Source: a virus. Taken from it: a stretch of 64,000 nt of DNA. A program made the position numbers and the translations under genes. Below the pieces are notes generated by a model, which was not told where the DNA came from, ran no database searches, and was given only the letters and a program-made list of their open reading frames with translations. Positions 1 through 10,327 of this stretch are shown piece by piece; the first letter of the stretch is position 1; the number at the start of each line of letters is the position of its first letter. The stretch covers positions 1 to 64,000 of the IMG/VR virus record IMGVR_UViG_3300049855_000474. One strand, 5' to 3'.

Positions 1-1080
1 GGAGCAGGTTGGCTCGTCGTCGCCCCTCGTGTCCGAGGGTCTGGTTCGGGTGTTCACGGCTGGCAAACGGGTAATACGATCACTGGTGCTAAGTCAGGCG
101 CTACAGTCTCACATAACGGAACCGCTATTGATTATGTGTATGAGGTTATGTTTACTAAGCCGGCTAACCAGACGACATTACACATAGGTGTCACACAGGT
201 CGACAAATCAGCGGAATCTGCAGAACTATTCTCTGTAACAGCGGCTTCTGCTTCTGCAACAGTGGCCCCAACTATGGGGAACCATAGTTGGGTTGTGTTG
301 GGGACAACACTTGTCGGAGCGACAGGTGGTTCAGCTCTTAACTTTCCTGAAATTTCAACGGGGCATGTAATTTGTGCAGATGCGATCTCCGAGGCAAATT
401 ACTCAGCAGATGGTTCTTGGGCAGCCGTATTATTTCGGTATGAGGATAGTCAAAGCAGTACAGGGGGTATTACGGACCCTGTGCTGGGTACTGGCTTATA
501 CGGATTGCAACGCTTGCAGGACACAGAAGATGGGGATGTTTCTCTATATGCCTCAGTAGCACCTGCTAGTACTAAAACTATTGACACCCGCACCTCGGCG
601 GGTTCTATTGCAACAACTAAGTATGACCAACTTTCCTATGGCAGTTTCAGTGCTGACGCGACAACAACGAACCATTTTTTCAGTACTTGGAAAGCGCGCG
701 GTCTAACGGCAGAAGCCTTTCAGGACTGTGTTATTGCTGTACAAAGAGCACAGCAATCATCAATCGTTTTACTGAGTAACAATGCTCACCTCTACTTCAC
801 TCGCATGCAAGCTTCTGCGAACCCAATCATGCGCCAACGGGAAAAGATCTGGCTTTCCGGGATAAGTACGCGTTCCTACAAAGGCAGCTTAAAATGGATG
901 TACTTTGTGAACGGTGGCAGCCTTGGTGATGTATTTGCTGGCGACCCAGGCTGGGCTCAACTGTCCAATGGCGCGGGTGCAGGTACCGTAAGCAACACAT
1001 TGGCTTGGGGTGGCGGAGCTGTAGTTATTGGACCAGCTGATGGTACCGTGCCTTGGATCAACAACTCATTTGGTACATAA
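1..1080 (+). CDS. Putative virion structural protein, 5'-partial (frame open from base 1)
   Basis: Frame of ORF 136..1080 has no stop back to position 1 (GAGWLVVAPRVRGSGSG...); G/S/T/A-rich composition typical of phage tail/fibre accessory proteins. Confidence 0.5.
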   Translation, partial: GAGWLVVAPRVRGSGSGVHGWQTGNTITGAKSGATVSHNGTAIDYVYEVMFTKPANQTTLHIGVTQVDKSAESAELFSVTAASASATVAPTMGNHSWVVLGTTLVGATGGSALNFPEISTGHVICADAISEANYSADGSWAAVLFRYEDSQSSTGGITDPVLGTGLYGLQRLQDTEDGDVSLYASVAPASTKTIDTRTSAGSIATTKYDQLSYGSFSADATTTNHFFSTWKARGLTAEAFQDCVIAVQRAQQSSIVLLSNNAHLYFTRMQASANPIMRQREKIWLSGISTRSYKGSLKWMYFVNGGSLGDVFAGDPGWAQLSNGAGAGTVSNTLAWGGGAVVIGPADGTVPWINNSFGT

Positions 1081-1086
1081 CCTGTA

Positions 1087-2292
1087 ATGGCTACTAGATT
1101 CTATTTCGGGAAGATACTAACTGATACGGTGCCTACATTTAGCGCAACGTGGCAGCAAGCCTCCACCACCGCTCCAATTCGTGCACTCATGAGGACTGTA
1201 AAAACGAAATCTTTAAAGTCTTCAGCCCCATTTGTGCAAACTACGACTGAAGCCGTAGTAACTGGCGGAGCAAACTCCTTGTGCGCACAGTTTATATCAC
1301 GCCCATTAGATGCGCAGACGATCACAGGAACTGTCAAAGGCTACGCGCTTTTCAGCGAGGCCGTCGCGACTCAAGACTGTACAGTCAGGTGTGAAATTAG
1401 GGTTATTTCGCCTACGGGAACTGTGCGCTCAGGCACGAGCATTTTCAACGGAGGAACTGAGTTTGCTGCTGGAACTGCAACCAATAGTCGCATTCCAGCT
1501 GCGGCTTCTGGCACGTTGACATCTGTCACAGCGCAAGCAGGCGATTTTTTGGTGGTTGAAATAGGATTTATATCAGCTCCTAATGGTGTTACCAGCGTCG
1601 TAACCTTCCAGTGGCATGATGATACCTCAACAGGCGATCTTCCTGAAGACGAAACGACGACAGATACAACTCTCGCGCCTTGGCTTGAGTTCTCTCAGAC
1701 ATTGGTCTTACAGGATCAATTTGACAACGGGACTTCCCCAAGTGTCGGATCTCTAGGGGTGACCGATCTATCAGGTCTACCCGCTCCATCCTTTATCGAT
1801 AAGTCGATCGATACTCTACTAGAGTTTGCTCCTCCTTCCTTATCGATACCCTTGGTTGCGAGGCAAGCGAACCAAACAACTGACAACACAAACCCAACAT
1901 TCTTGCAGCAACAGACCTTAGGGGATGTAGCCACTGCTGCTTTCGATGACACACAAGTACGCCAGTTTGCCCCTGCTACTGTTGGTATTACGGATGTAGC
2001 TGCTATGACGGCACTTAATCAAACCCTATGCCCAGAACCTACATACGGCGTACCGGAGTTTAGTCCGCCTGCAATTAGCTTCAATCTCGTTGAACCATCG
2101 CAAGATGCGATAGCTGTAGCTTCCATCAGTTCTACACGATATATCAATCGCGTTTACGATACTACGGCAGCAAAATTTGTACGCTGGATTACGGACACTG
2201 TAGCCGATACCACAGGAATATACTACCCAGGTCCGGGCACTTTCAATGTACACACTTCTGATTATGTGATCGAAGCCAGCTATACTTTATGA
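1087..2292 (+). CDS. Putative virion structural protein with internal duplication
   Basis: T/A/S-rich 401 aa; repeated segments LGVTDLSG..EFAPPSLSIPLV and VGITDVAA..EFSPPAISFNLV. Confidence 0.5.
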   Translation: MATRFYFGKILTDTVPTFSATWQQASTTAPIRALMRTVKTKSLKSSAPFVQTTTEAVVTGGANSLCAQFISRPLDAQTITGTVKGYALFSEAVATQDCTVRCEIRVISPTGTVRSGTSIFNGGTEFAAGTATNSRIPAAASGTLTSVTAQAGDFLVVEIGFISAPNGVTSVVTFQWHDDTSTGDLPEDETTTDTTLAPWLEFSQTLVLQDQFDNGTSPSVGSLGVTDLSGLPAPSFIDKSIDTLLEFAPPSLSIPLVARQANQTTDNTNPTFLQQQTLGDVATAAFDDTQVRQFAPATVGITDVAAMTALNQTLCPEPTYGVPEFSPPAISFNLVEPSQDAIAVASISSTRYINRVYDTTAAKFVRWITDTVADTTGIYYPGPGTFNVHTSDYVIEASYTL

Positions 2293-2322
2293 TTCCGAAT
2301 AAAAAGGCGGTCTAGCTGAGTG

Positions 2323-2331
2323 TTATTTGAT
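2323..2331 (+). promoter_or_regulatory. Candidate late-promoter motif TTATTTGAT
   Basis: Same 9-mer at 32775 and 42145 in intergenic DNA upstream of virion genes. Confidence 0.35.
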
Positions 2332-2370
2332 TGAAGCAGACTTATCACTGCAGTCTCAAGGAAGTTTATA

Positions 2371-2853
2371 ATGATTACAATACTTAAGTTCTTCGAAAAC
2401 ACGAACAAGCAGAACCAGGATGATGACAACGACGTAATCAGCAGAACAATGCTGAAAATAGCCGTCGTCTCCCGCCATTACAAGCAACAGCATAGCGCCA
2501 CAATGCCAAAACACGGTGAGCTTTGGCGTTGCAAGATTGTAAAAGAAATTTCCAGCGGAATAAACAAGGGCTGCTTTGTAGTTGAGCCACTAGAACAATT
2601 ATCTGAGGATAGCATTGTTAGACTCATTCCAGGTTTCTTCTGTCGTAAGTTTGTCAAAGGCAGACTTATCATTTATCCCAAAAAGCCTGGGCACGACTGG
2701 ATTCTGCCTCTCACACACAAACGAATCATGGCTGAAGAACACAATGCTTATTGTGTAATCGTCCAATTGGACGGATCAGCTGAGGATCTACGAGAGTGCG
2801 AGAAGAATGCGGAAATAGCGTCAAAACTTGACGAGCCTCCTGTAAAAGAGTAG
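2371..2853 (+). CDS. Hypothetical protein
   Basis: 160 aa ORF with AAGGAAG upstream. Confidence 0.7.
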   Translation: MITILKFFENTNKQNQDDDNDVISRTMLKIAVVSRHYKQQHSATMPKHGELWRCKIVKEISSGINKGCFVVEPLEQLSEDSIVRLIPGFFCRKFVKGRLIIYPKKPGHDWILPLTHKRIMAEEHNAYCVIVQLDGSAEDLRECEKNAEIASKLDEPPVKE

Positions 2854-2879
2854 AATCTCTCAACAGGATAGATTCTACG

Positions 2880-3152
2880 ATGAATATTTATGCGCAGCTT
2901 CTGGACAAGGCTACTGTAGGCAGCAAAGTAGGGCTTACCTACATTGAAGGTAAAGCGGTAGCTTCTACTACTATAAACCATGGTAGATTTGGTATCATAA
3001 AGTCCATCAAGAGCGGTGTGGCATTCATTGAACTACTAAAAGACACCCAACCTAAGGCATCTGCGGATGCTGGTTCCGCTCTGGGTGTAACTATCGATCT
3101 ACCGGTTACGGCTTCAGGTTATTTAACAGTAACTGTTGAAGACGACAATTAA
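2880..3152 (+). CDS. Hypothetical protein
   Basis: 90 aa ORF, AGGA upstream, in gene run. Confidence 0.65.
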   Translation: MNIYAQLLDKATVGSKVGLTYIEGKAVASTTINHGRFGIIKSIKSGVAFIELLKDTQPKASADAGSALGVTIDLPVTASGYLTVTVEDDN

Positions 3153-3170
3153 CCTAGGTCGGTAATACTA

Positions 3171-3998
3171 ATGAGATTCAGCCTTGAAGATGCCAAAGAA
3201 CTTCGGAGACAGCTTCTGATAATTTTGAAAGGTCTATCCTCCAAAGTAGAGTTGACACCAGCGGAAGGTAGTCAGTACCGGGTAATTGTAATACAAAGAG
3301 ACGCTAAGCTACCGGAGCTACCTCCAGGAGTAGAAACAATAAAGGATAATATAGCGGACCCTGTGGATAATGTGACAGGACAGCCTTCGAGTACTCCTGT
3401 AACCAAAGACTTGAGTAAGCCACAAACGGAAACTAATCGTACAGTAGAACCACCGGACGAATTCCGTTCTAGAAACAGGAGTCTACAGGATATGGTTAAA
3501 AAATACGCACACACAGAGAAGCTGGTTGATATCTCTGATGGTATCCAAAAGCTAGCTTCAAGAGACCTACAAATTGATAGTTACCTAGAGACCATCAGGG
3601 AAGCTCTTCTTCACAAAAAATATACCAAAGGCTCCCAGCTCTGGAAGTTGCTGCAAAGCGTATTCGCCAGTTACGATATCGAAAGTGCAGAAAAGCTTTG
3701 TGCTAAGCTGACCAAAGAGAAGTTTGAGGATGGTACACTACATGCCTGCAAACAAATGGTTGCTTTGGTTCTAAAAAAGAACGGTATCGCACCAGATCCT
3801 TCTCCACCCAGTTCTGGTATCGAAGTACAAAAACTGAAGAAAGAAACAGCTGAACAATTGGTTTCAATTGAAAAGGTTCTCGACGCTATGACGCTAAAGT
3901 TGCGTCGATTGGGTTTGAAAGAAGAAGCGAACAAAATGGACGCAATGTCTGGATCTGTCCATGACATCTGTGGTACAGTCAATAAGCTCGGTAACTAA
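3171..3998 (+). CDS. Hypothetical protein (possible internal head protein)
   Basis: 275 aa; C-terminal helix VLDAMTLKLRRLGLKEEANKMD resembles motif in 34106 and 41088 proteins. Confidence 0.6.
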   Translation: MRFSLEDAKELRRQLLIILKGLSSKVELTPAEGSQYRVIVIQRDAKLPELPPGVETIKDNIADPVDNVTGQPSSTPVTKDLSKPQTETNRTVEPPDEFRSRNRSLQDMVKKYAHTEKLVDISDGIQKLASRDLQIDSYLETIREALLHKKYTKGSQLWKLLQSVFASYDIESAEKLCAKLTKEKFEDGTLHACKQMVALVLKKNGIAPDPSPPSSGIEVQKLKKETAEQLVSIEKVLDAMTLKLRRLGLKEEANKMDAMSGSVHDICGTVNKLGN

Positions 3999-4037
3999 AC
4001 CAATGTAACGGTGGACATGAACAGTATGAGTTAAAAG

Positions 4038-4076
4038 AAGCCCCGAATACTCAACACAGGAGTACGGGGCTTTTTT
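4038..4076 (+). terminator. Rho-independent terminator
   Basis: AAGCCCCG...CGGGGCTT stem followed by T-run. Confidence 0.8.
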
Positions 4077-4090
4077 AGTGGAGGAGTGCT

Positions 4091-4546
4091 ATGTTCGTAC
4101 AAATTGTGATCGGAGTTATTTACGCAAGCCTCGTAGAATGGTTAGTTCATAACTACATTCTACACGGGCTAGGAAAACGTAAAAACAGTGTCTGGTCCTT
4201 CCACTGGCACGAACACCATCACAATTCTAGGAAATATAATTTCGTAGATGCATCCTATCTCCAACCTTTCTATTCTGGTAGCAGGTTCAAAGAGATCCTT
4301 GGGCTACTTGCGCTGGCTTTAGCACAATCTTGGCTATTATTGTGGTTACCTTGGTTTGTTTTCACTACCTGGACCTACTGTGCGGTGTATCTCTGGGCTC
4401 ATCGAAAGTCTCACTTAGAACCTGAATGGTGTAAAAAGTATCTGCCATGGCATTTCGATCACCACTGTGGGAAGAACCAAGATTCTAATTGGGGAGTTGT
4501 TCTCCCTCTCTGGGACTATATTTTACGAACACGAAAGAAAATATAA
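4091..4546 (+). CDS. Sterol desaturase / fatty-acid hydroxylase family membrane di-iron protein
   Basis: His boxes HNYILH, HWHEHHH, HRKSH, HFDHH; C-terminal NWGV..PLWD; TM segments; GGAGGAG SD. Confidence 0.8.
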   Translation: MFVQIVIGVIYASLVEWLVHNYILHGLGKRKNSVWSFHWHEHHHNSRKYNFVDASYLQPFYSGSRFKEILGLLALALAQSWLLLWLPWFVFTTWTYCAVYLWAHRKSHLEPEWCKKYLPWHFDHHCGKNQDSNWGVVLPLWDYILRTRKKI

Positions 4547-4893
4547 TGGGTTGTAATTGCCGAGGATCTAATAGTTATATTCCTACGATTAATCGAGTAG
4601 CTTCTCGTCAATCTGGTGATACCTTATGCCAACAGATAGCCAAGGCACAGGGGAATTTACCCATTAAGGTAACTACTTCTGGTGGTATACTTGTCCCTAC
4701 AGCTACAATGCCTGCGCACGCTACCTTGTCAGTTTTAGGTTGTAAACATACACAAGCAGAAAAGATCTTAAACCTGGAACTATCATTAACAGCGCTTTTC
4801 ACAGACAACAGCACGAAAGTAGCTTTTCTTGGTAGACTAGGGGCAAATCCTACTGTAGGCTCAGTAGACGCGCTACTCAAAGTTTTCAAGTAA
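4546..4893 (+). CDS. Hypothetical protein (N-terminal MGCNC)
   Basis: ATG at 4546 overlaps upstream TAA (TAATG). Confidence 0.55.
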   Translation: MGCNCRGSNSYIPTINRVASRQSGDTLCQQIAKAQGNLPIKVTTSGGILVPTATMPAHATLSVLGCKHTQAEKILNLELSLTALFTDNSTKVAFLGRLGANPTVGSVDALLKVFK

Positions 4894-4917
4894 AATATTA
4901 CATTGGAGTCTAACCGC

Positions 4918-5937
4918 ATGGCGGATCAGAATTATTACGACTTACTCGGTGTTGCGAAAACAGCTACAACAGATGATATCAAAAAGAGCTACAGGAAGTT
5001 AGCTTTAAAATATCATCCAGACCACAATCAAGGAGATAAGAGCTCAGAGGAGACTTTCAAGAAGATCTCAGAAGCGTATGCCACCTTGAGCGATGACCGT
5101 AAACGTAATATCTACGATAATGGCGGCGTTCAACATAGGCAACATAGTTATCAGGATTTCATGAACATCAACCTTGAGGAAATTATGAACAATTTCAGGC
5201 AAGGTAGCGCACAAGAAAATCTAGATCTTCAAACCGACGTTGTAATAGAGCTGAAAGATGCTGTCTATGGAACTAAGGTGGAAGTATCTCTAGACTATAA
5301 CAAAAAGTGCCAACCATGCAAAGGTCTTGGTTCTAAAAATGGACACGCCAAGCAATGCAACAAATGCTTCGGTCGAGGACGTGTATCCGTAGCACAAGGT
5401 GGGTGGAATGTTGCAACAGTCTGCCCAAAATGCAAAGGCACCTGTAACGTACCACTAGACCATGACTGCGGACAATGTAATGGTAAAGGTTCTACTCGTG
5501 TACAACGAAAAATCAAGGTCAATATACCAGCAGGTATCGATAATGGTCAGGTTTTGCGTTTACAAGCACAAGGAGCGGCAGCAAACAATAGAACAGGGGA
5601 TTTGTACGTCAGGGTAAGTGTTCAACCAAACCCGGACTTTGAACGCCACTTCTTCAACCTCGTTACTCCAGTAAAGATCCCATTTGCTACAATCCTTACA
5701 GGTGGGGACATCGAAGTCAAGAACATCAAGGGAGAACTTCTCACTGTACAGGTAGAAGCATGTACACAACCAGGAACACTTCTTAAAGTTCCTGGTCAAG
5801 GTGTGCCTAGCCTTGGGGGAGGTTCTGTAGGTGACTTGCTGGTTGTTGTAGGAATTGAGATACCTACGACGGTAACAGAAGAAGTCAAGCAGAAAGCTCT
5901 AGAGCTACAGCAGGCGATTGAGAACGCAAAGGTGTAA
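4918..5937 (+). CDS. dnaJ: Molecular chaperone DnaJ (type I)
   Basis: J domain with YHPD, four CxxCxGxG/C zinc-finger repeats, C-terminal [14 protein letters not shown] substrate domain. Confidence 0.95.
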   Translation: MADQNYYDLLGVAKTATTDDIKKSYRKLALKYHPDHNQGDKSSEETFKKISEAYATLSDDRKRNIYDNGGVQHRQHSYQDFMNINLEEIMNNFRQGSAQENLDLQTDVVIELKDAVYGTKVEVSLDYNKKCQPCKGLGSKNGHAKQCNKCFGRGRVSVAQGGWNVATVCPKCKGTCNVPLDHDCGQCNGKGSTRVQRKIKVNIPAGIDNGQVLRLQAQGAAANNRTGDLYVRVSVQPNPDFERHFFNLVTPVKIPFATILTGGDIEVKNIKGELLTVQVEACTQPGTLLKVPGQGVPSLGGGSVGDLLVVVGIEIPTTVTEEVKQKALELQQAIENAKV

Positions 5938-5958
5938 GAGAACCTGTAAAGGCTTCTC

Positions 5959-8900
5959 ATGAAGTCGGTACTCAAGCACGAAAAAGCCTTCTGTGAAGGT
6001 TGTCCCCTCAACCGAAACAAAGCCAAGAAAACTCATTACATTCCCACCGAAGTCCATTACGATAGAGTGGGTCCGGAAGGTCATGCTGAGGTTGATATCC
6101 TTGTCGTCGGAGATGCTCCAGGTAAGAGCGAAGACGACAATGGAATGCCCTTCACAGGACCCTCAGGCGAAGAGCTGAAAATCTCCCTGAAGAAGATTGG
6201 TATTGAAGGCTCCTTCGCTTTAGCCAATTCTATCAGGTGTCGTCCAACGGATGACGAAGGCAACAATCGCCCACCCTCCATTGAAGAAATTGCTGCTTGC
6301 GGCAACTACATCAAACAGGACTTAATTCAGCTAAAACCCAAGGTTGTTGTCCTTATGGGCAATACAGCCAAGGATATTCTAGCACCAACCCCAGAATGGC
6401 GGACTAAGGGAATTAGCAAGTTATCAGGTGAAATCTTTGTTACAAATGGCGTTACGTACACTGCCACAGTAAACCCCTCCAGCTTTCTACGCAACAATAA
6501 CTATATGGAACGACAGAGGTTCCATCGCCACATCGGCAACATTGGACGAATTCTTTCAGGTGAACAAGGTGCTTTCTCCAGGAAAGGTGTTTCTACACTT
6601 CTTAGAACAGAGAAAGCAGCAATTGATTTTCTGGACCTACTGGAGAACTTTGAAACTGATTTTGTTTGTGTAGACACGGAGACAGAAAATCTAAACCGTG
6701 TAGCACCAAACAAATTAGCCACTATCCAATTTGCTGTAGACAATGATATCGGTTTCGTCCTTCCTCTAGAACACTGGCAATCTCCCTGGACACCAGAGTT
6801 CTTAGAGTACCTTAGGGAGCGGCTAGCTCGCATCTTTAGTAATCCAGAAATCAAAATAGGCGCCTGGGTAGCTCACGGGTCCAAGTTTGACTACGGAAAG
6901 ATCACCAAGTTCTGCCGTATTATTAAGATAGCTCTCCCCATTATGGACCCCATCTTCATGGAGTACCTCCGAGATGAAAATCAAAGGAGAGGCATGGATG
7001 ACGGTGGAGAAGGTGGACTTGATGGTTCTGGTGGTACCAACTTCGATTTAAAGACCATGGCTAAGGACAAGCTGGGGTTCTACTATTACAATGAAAAAAT
7101 ACTAGAGGTCCGAAAAGACGGTAGTCTGGTAGAAGAACCGTTGTGGAATCCTGATAACTCGGTAAGTGAGTTCACTATTTATGCCGGTATGGACGTTTAT
7201 ATCGGTCGCCGTCTCATCTGCTATATCATCAACGAACTAGGACTAACAGAGCATAAAGAAAAATCAATCAACTTTGCTAAGAAGTGGGGTACCCGAGTTA
7301 CCCATCTTCTAACTAAAATTGAAGCCAATGGCTGCTTTGCTGATAAAGACCAATTGGAATACCTACGCAGTGACGACTCCCCGATCCTGAAACGGATGGA
7401 TGAGATTCCAGGGGAAATCACAAGCTCGCCTGAAGGTAAGAAAGCTAACCAGCTGATTCTATCCAAGGATCCTAGAACCAAGGGAATGAAGCCTCTCTTT
7501 GGCAAAGCACCAATTGTATTTGACATCGACAAGAAAGACCACCGAGTAGCTCTGTTGGTCGATACTTGCAAGCTCGAGCCTTTGGCTTACGGAAAGAAGG
7601 AAGGGGAAGCTAAAAGCAAGTACGCCAAGAAGGGCAAGAATGGAGAAATTGATAAAGGAAACGGGGTTCCTTCGATCAATAAGGCGTTCTTCCAGGAATA
7701 TAAAGACCACCCCTTTGCGGCGCTAGTTCAGGAATACGAAGGACTAAAGAAACTGAAGTCCAGCTACCTGAATAGCGTGATGAGCTTTCTGACTGATGAC
7801 ATTATCTACACAAAGCGTGGTCCAAAGTCAAACGCTGATAATTTGTTCGATGGAAGAATCCACCCAACTTTCTGGGACAGTAAAACTGTAACTGGAAGGT
7901 TCGCTGCTTCTGACCCGAACACCCAACAGCTTCCACGCGCCGAGGGTTTTGCCAAAAGCATGATCAAGTCAATGTATGGCGCGGCTCCTGGTCACGTCAT
8001 GCTGGAGGCTGATTTCGGTCAGGCGGAAATTCGTTGGTGGGCTCAAATAGCGAAGGACCAAGAATTCGCTAACTTGTTCAACGGGATGGTGTCTATATTA
8101 GAGGAATTTGAAAGGAATCCAACACCTGAGTTAGCTATTCGAGTATCGAATGAGTGTGACATTCATAAGCAGGTCAGTGCTGCAATGAATCGAGTACCAA
8201 TTGAGCAAGTATCGAAAGATATGCGCCAAGCAGCCAAGGGACTGTGCGTCGCCCCCGGAACTCTAATCCGGACTCCAGAAGGCTTGATTCCTATCGAGGA
8301 AGTAATAAATAGCTGGAAGGGTTCTGTATTGCTGGAAACGCGCAAAGGCGTAGAAGAGGCAAACAGGACTTTCGAGATTACCGTAAATAGAACCCAGAAA
8401 GTGAAAACAAGTAGGGGTTACACAATTCATGGAAGACCCGAGCATCCTGTATTAGTGTGGAGGAGTTGCAAGCTTCAGTTTGTAGAGTTGCAAAATCTCA
8501 ACTCAGAAGACCGTATTGTAACCAGGCGAAATGCCAAGTTGTGGCCTGAGAAATTGGTCAAGTTGGAGCCTTCGATACTAAAGTCTGGGGAAGAAATCTT
8601 CCCCAAAGAAGTTACACCGGACCTAGCTAGGCTACTGGGGTATATTACAAGTGAGGGAACTACAGGATACGAAAAGTTTATCCGTATTCCTAATACAGAT
8701 GAAAGAGTTATTGCTGACCTCAGAGAACTTCTAACATCTAACTTTGGCAAAGAAGCCTTTGCAGAATGTACAGATGATCGAAGTGCGGATAATTGGAAAA
8801 ATATAACTAAATTTACAATAAATTCAACAGCTGCCCGTTACCTTCGAAAACTAGGAGTAGTGGGTATCGAAGATTCGTACACAAAAGTAGTACCCAAAGC

Positions 8901-10326
8901 TATAATGCGGTCTCCGCGTCACGTAGTAATAGAATACCTTCGCGGATATCTTGCTGGGGATGCTTCTTCCAATTTCCACAGAGTTAAAGCCTGTACCGCC
9001 TCAAAACAATTAGCCAAAGAAATTCAAATCCTTCTATTGGACTTGGGGATTGTAGCCAAGCGTGATGGCAGCTACAGGAAGACCAACAAAGGAGAAGGTT
9101 TTTATTGGGATGTCACAGCAGTGGGTAAGGAGGCTGAACGCTGTTGGGCAATTATCCCACCAATCCGTCCTCTGGATGAAGCCTACGAAAAAGAATACAA
9201 CAACGCACAGCTCGATCACATTTACGGACTCCGAGAGTTAGCTAAGAAGTTTGCTGATTCCAACTATCGAGAAAAAGGAAACAAAGAAAACGGGGGTTAT
9301 TGGAAATACCCAGGTTTCCCTTGGACTCGTGCCGAGACTTGGACACTAGATTTCTGCTACAAGCACAAGGAGAAAATTATCAAAGGCTTCAAAGCCCGAG
9401 ATGAGCAACTTGCTTTAGATTTTGAGGAAATCCTTACGCAGGGTTACTTCCTCGATTCAATCGTTGAAAACGAAGTGATCGATCAAGACAACCAAACCGT
9501 CTACGATTTCACCGTTCCAGGCAGCCATTCCTTCGTGACCAATGGAATAGTAGGATCGAACAGCTTTGGCAGTTTATACGGAATGTCGCCTAAGTCACTT
9601 GCTATGCTTGTTAAATGCTCTGAATTTGAAGCTAAGCAATTGATTCAAACGTTCACTAACAAGTTTGAGCGTGCTGGCGGTTGGTTGGAGTATATCGAGG
9701 ATTTTGCAATGGAGAATGGATATGTTATATCGCCATTCGGACGTGCAAGACATCTCGCACCGCTGATCGAACTGAATGAGGGTGCGGCTCGACGGGTAGC
9801 TAGAAACTCACCAATCCAGGGTGCTGCTTCTGATACGACCGCAATGGGGGCTTGGTTAATTCAGGACTGGATTGAGAGGACCAATAGACCTTACAAGATT
9901 TGGAACGTTGTTCACGACGCTATTTCCATAGAAGTTCCCCTTACCAAGGAGGCTATTATAGAAGTTATGGCAGTTATGAAGAACTACATGACTAAGGAAA
10001 TCAACCCGTTCCTAAAGCAGGAATTTAATATCAATCTTATCGTTCCATTAGTTATAGATTTTAAGGTAGGTCTACGCTGGGGTCATTGTAAGACAGTGGA
10101 TCCACTTACGGATATTGATCAATTCGTAGCTACGCTGCAAGAACAGGACCGACGCCTCCATAACGGGGACAAGTGGTGGCAATTGGCTACCGAGCTAGAG
10201 GTAAAGAAGTTGGAGAAGGATTTAAGCAAGATCGAGAAAGAAAAGAAGGAAAACTGGGAGAAAGAGATCGCAAAACGTGTTAGGATGATTGAAGAGCACA
10301 GAAATTCGCTATTGAAGGCTGGTTGA
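5959..10326 (+). CDS. polA: Family A DNA polymerase with N-terminal family-4 uracil-DNA glycosylase-like domain and 3'-5' exonuclease, interrupted by an intein
   Basis: UDG4: CEGCPL, GDAPG, E..G.PF.G.SG, N..RCRP..NRPP...EI.AC; Exo I DTET, Exo II HGSKFD, Exo III YAGMD; Pol motif A DFGQAEIR, motif B RQAAKGL/SFGSLYG, motif C VHDA. Confidence 0.93.
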   Translation: MKSVLKHEKAFCEGCPLNRNKAKKTHYIPTEVHYDRVGPEGHAEVDILVVGDAPGKSEDDNGMPFTGPSGEELKISLKKIGIEGSFALANSIRCRPTDDEGNNRPPSIEEIAACGNYIKQDLIQLKPKVVVLMGNTAKDILAPTPEWRTKGISKLSGEIFVTNGVTYTATVNPSSFLRNNNYMERQRFHRHIGNIGRILSGEQGAFSRKGVSTLLRTEKAAIDFLDLLENFETDFVCVDTETENLNRVAPNKLATIQFAVDNDIGFVLPLEHWQSPWTPEFLEYLRERLARIFSNPEIKIGAWVAHGSKFDYGKITKFCRIIKIALPIMDPIFMEYLRDENQRRGMDDGGEGGLDGSGGTNFDLKTMAKDKLGFYYYNEKILEVRKDGSLVEEPLWNPDNSVSEFTIYAGMDVYIGRRLICYIINELGLTEHKEKSINFAKKWGTRVTHLLTKIEANGCFADKDQLEYLRSDDSPILKRMDEIPGEITSSPEGKKANQLILSKDPRTKGMKPLFGKAPIVFDIDKKDHRVALLVDTCKLEPLAYGKKEGEAKSKYAKKGKNGEIDKGNGVPSINKAFFQEYKDHPFAALVQEYEGLKKLKSSYLNSVMSFLTDDIIYTKRGPKSNADNLFDGRIHPTFWDSKTVTGRFAASDPNTQQLPRAEGFAKSMIKSMYGAAPGHVMLEADFGQAEIRWWAQIAKDQEFANLFNGMVSILEEFERNPTPELAIRVSNECDIHKQVSAAMNRVPIEQVSKDMRQAAKGLCVAPGTLIRTPEGLIPIEEVINSWKGSVLLETRKGVEEANRTFEITVNRTQKVKTSRGYTIHGRPEHPVLVWRSCKLQFVELQNLNSEDRIVTRRNAKLWPEKLVKLEPSILKSGEEIFPKEVTPDLARLLGYITSEGTTGYEKFIRIPNTDERVIADLRELLTSNFGKEAFAECTDDRSADNWKNITKFTINSTAARYLRKLGVVGIEDSYTKVVPKAIMRSPRHVVIEYLRGYLAGDASSNFHRVKACTASKQLAKEIQILLLDLGIVAKRDGSYRKTNKGEGFYWDVTAVGKEAERCWAIIPPIRPLDEAYEKEYNNAQLDHIYGLRELAKKFADSNYREKGNKENGGYWKYPGFPWTRAETWTLDFCYKHKEKIIKGFKARDEQLALDFEEILTQGYFLDSIVENEVIDQDNQTVYDFTVPGSHSFVTNGIVGSNSFGSLYGMSPKSLAMLVKCSEFEAKQLIQTFTNKFERAGGWLEYIEDFAMENGYVISPFGRARHLAPLIELNEGAARRVARNSPIQGAASDTTAMGAWLIQDWIERTNRPYKIWNVVHDAISIEVPLTKEAIIEVMAVMKNYMTKEINPFLKQEFNINLIVPLVIDFKVGLRWGHCKTVDPLTDIDQFVATLQEQDRRLHNGDKWWQLATELEVKKLEKDLSKIEKEKKENWEKEIAKRVRMIEEHRNSLLKAG
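8245..9561 (+). mobile_element. Intein (439 aa) with LAGLIDADG homing endonuclease in polymerase motif B
   Basis: Starts CVAPGTLIRT, block B HGRPEHPV, LAGLIDADG-like LLGYITSEG and YLRGYLAGDAS, ends VYDFTVPGSHSFVTNGIVGSN followed by Ser; removal restores RQAAKGLSFGSLYG. Confidence 0.93.
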
Positions 10327-10327
10327 T

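Noticed and set aside
6138-6151. 14-nt identity (CAATGGAATGCCCT) between the polymerase UDG region and the IS605 scar end plus first 11 guide bases
   Set aside because: Match stops after 11 guide nt, most of the omega-RNA scaffold is deleted and no cognate TnpB is in the window; treated as coincidence unless the RNA is shown to be expressed
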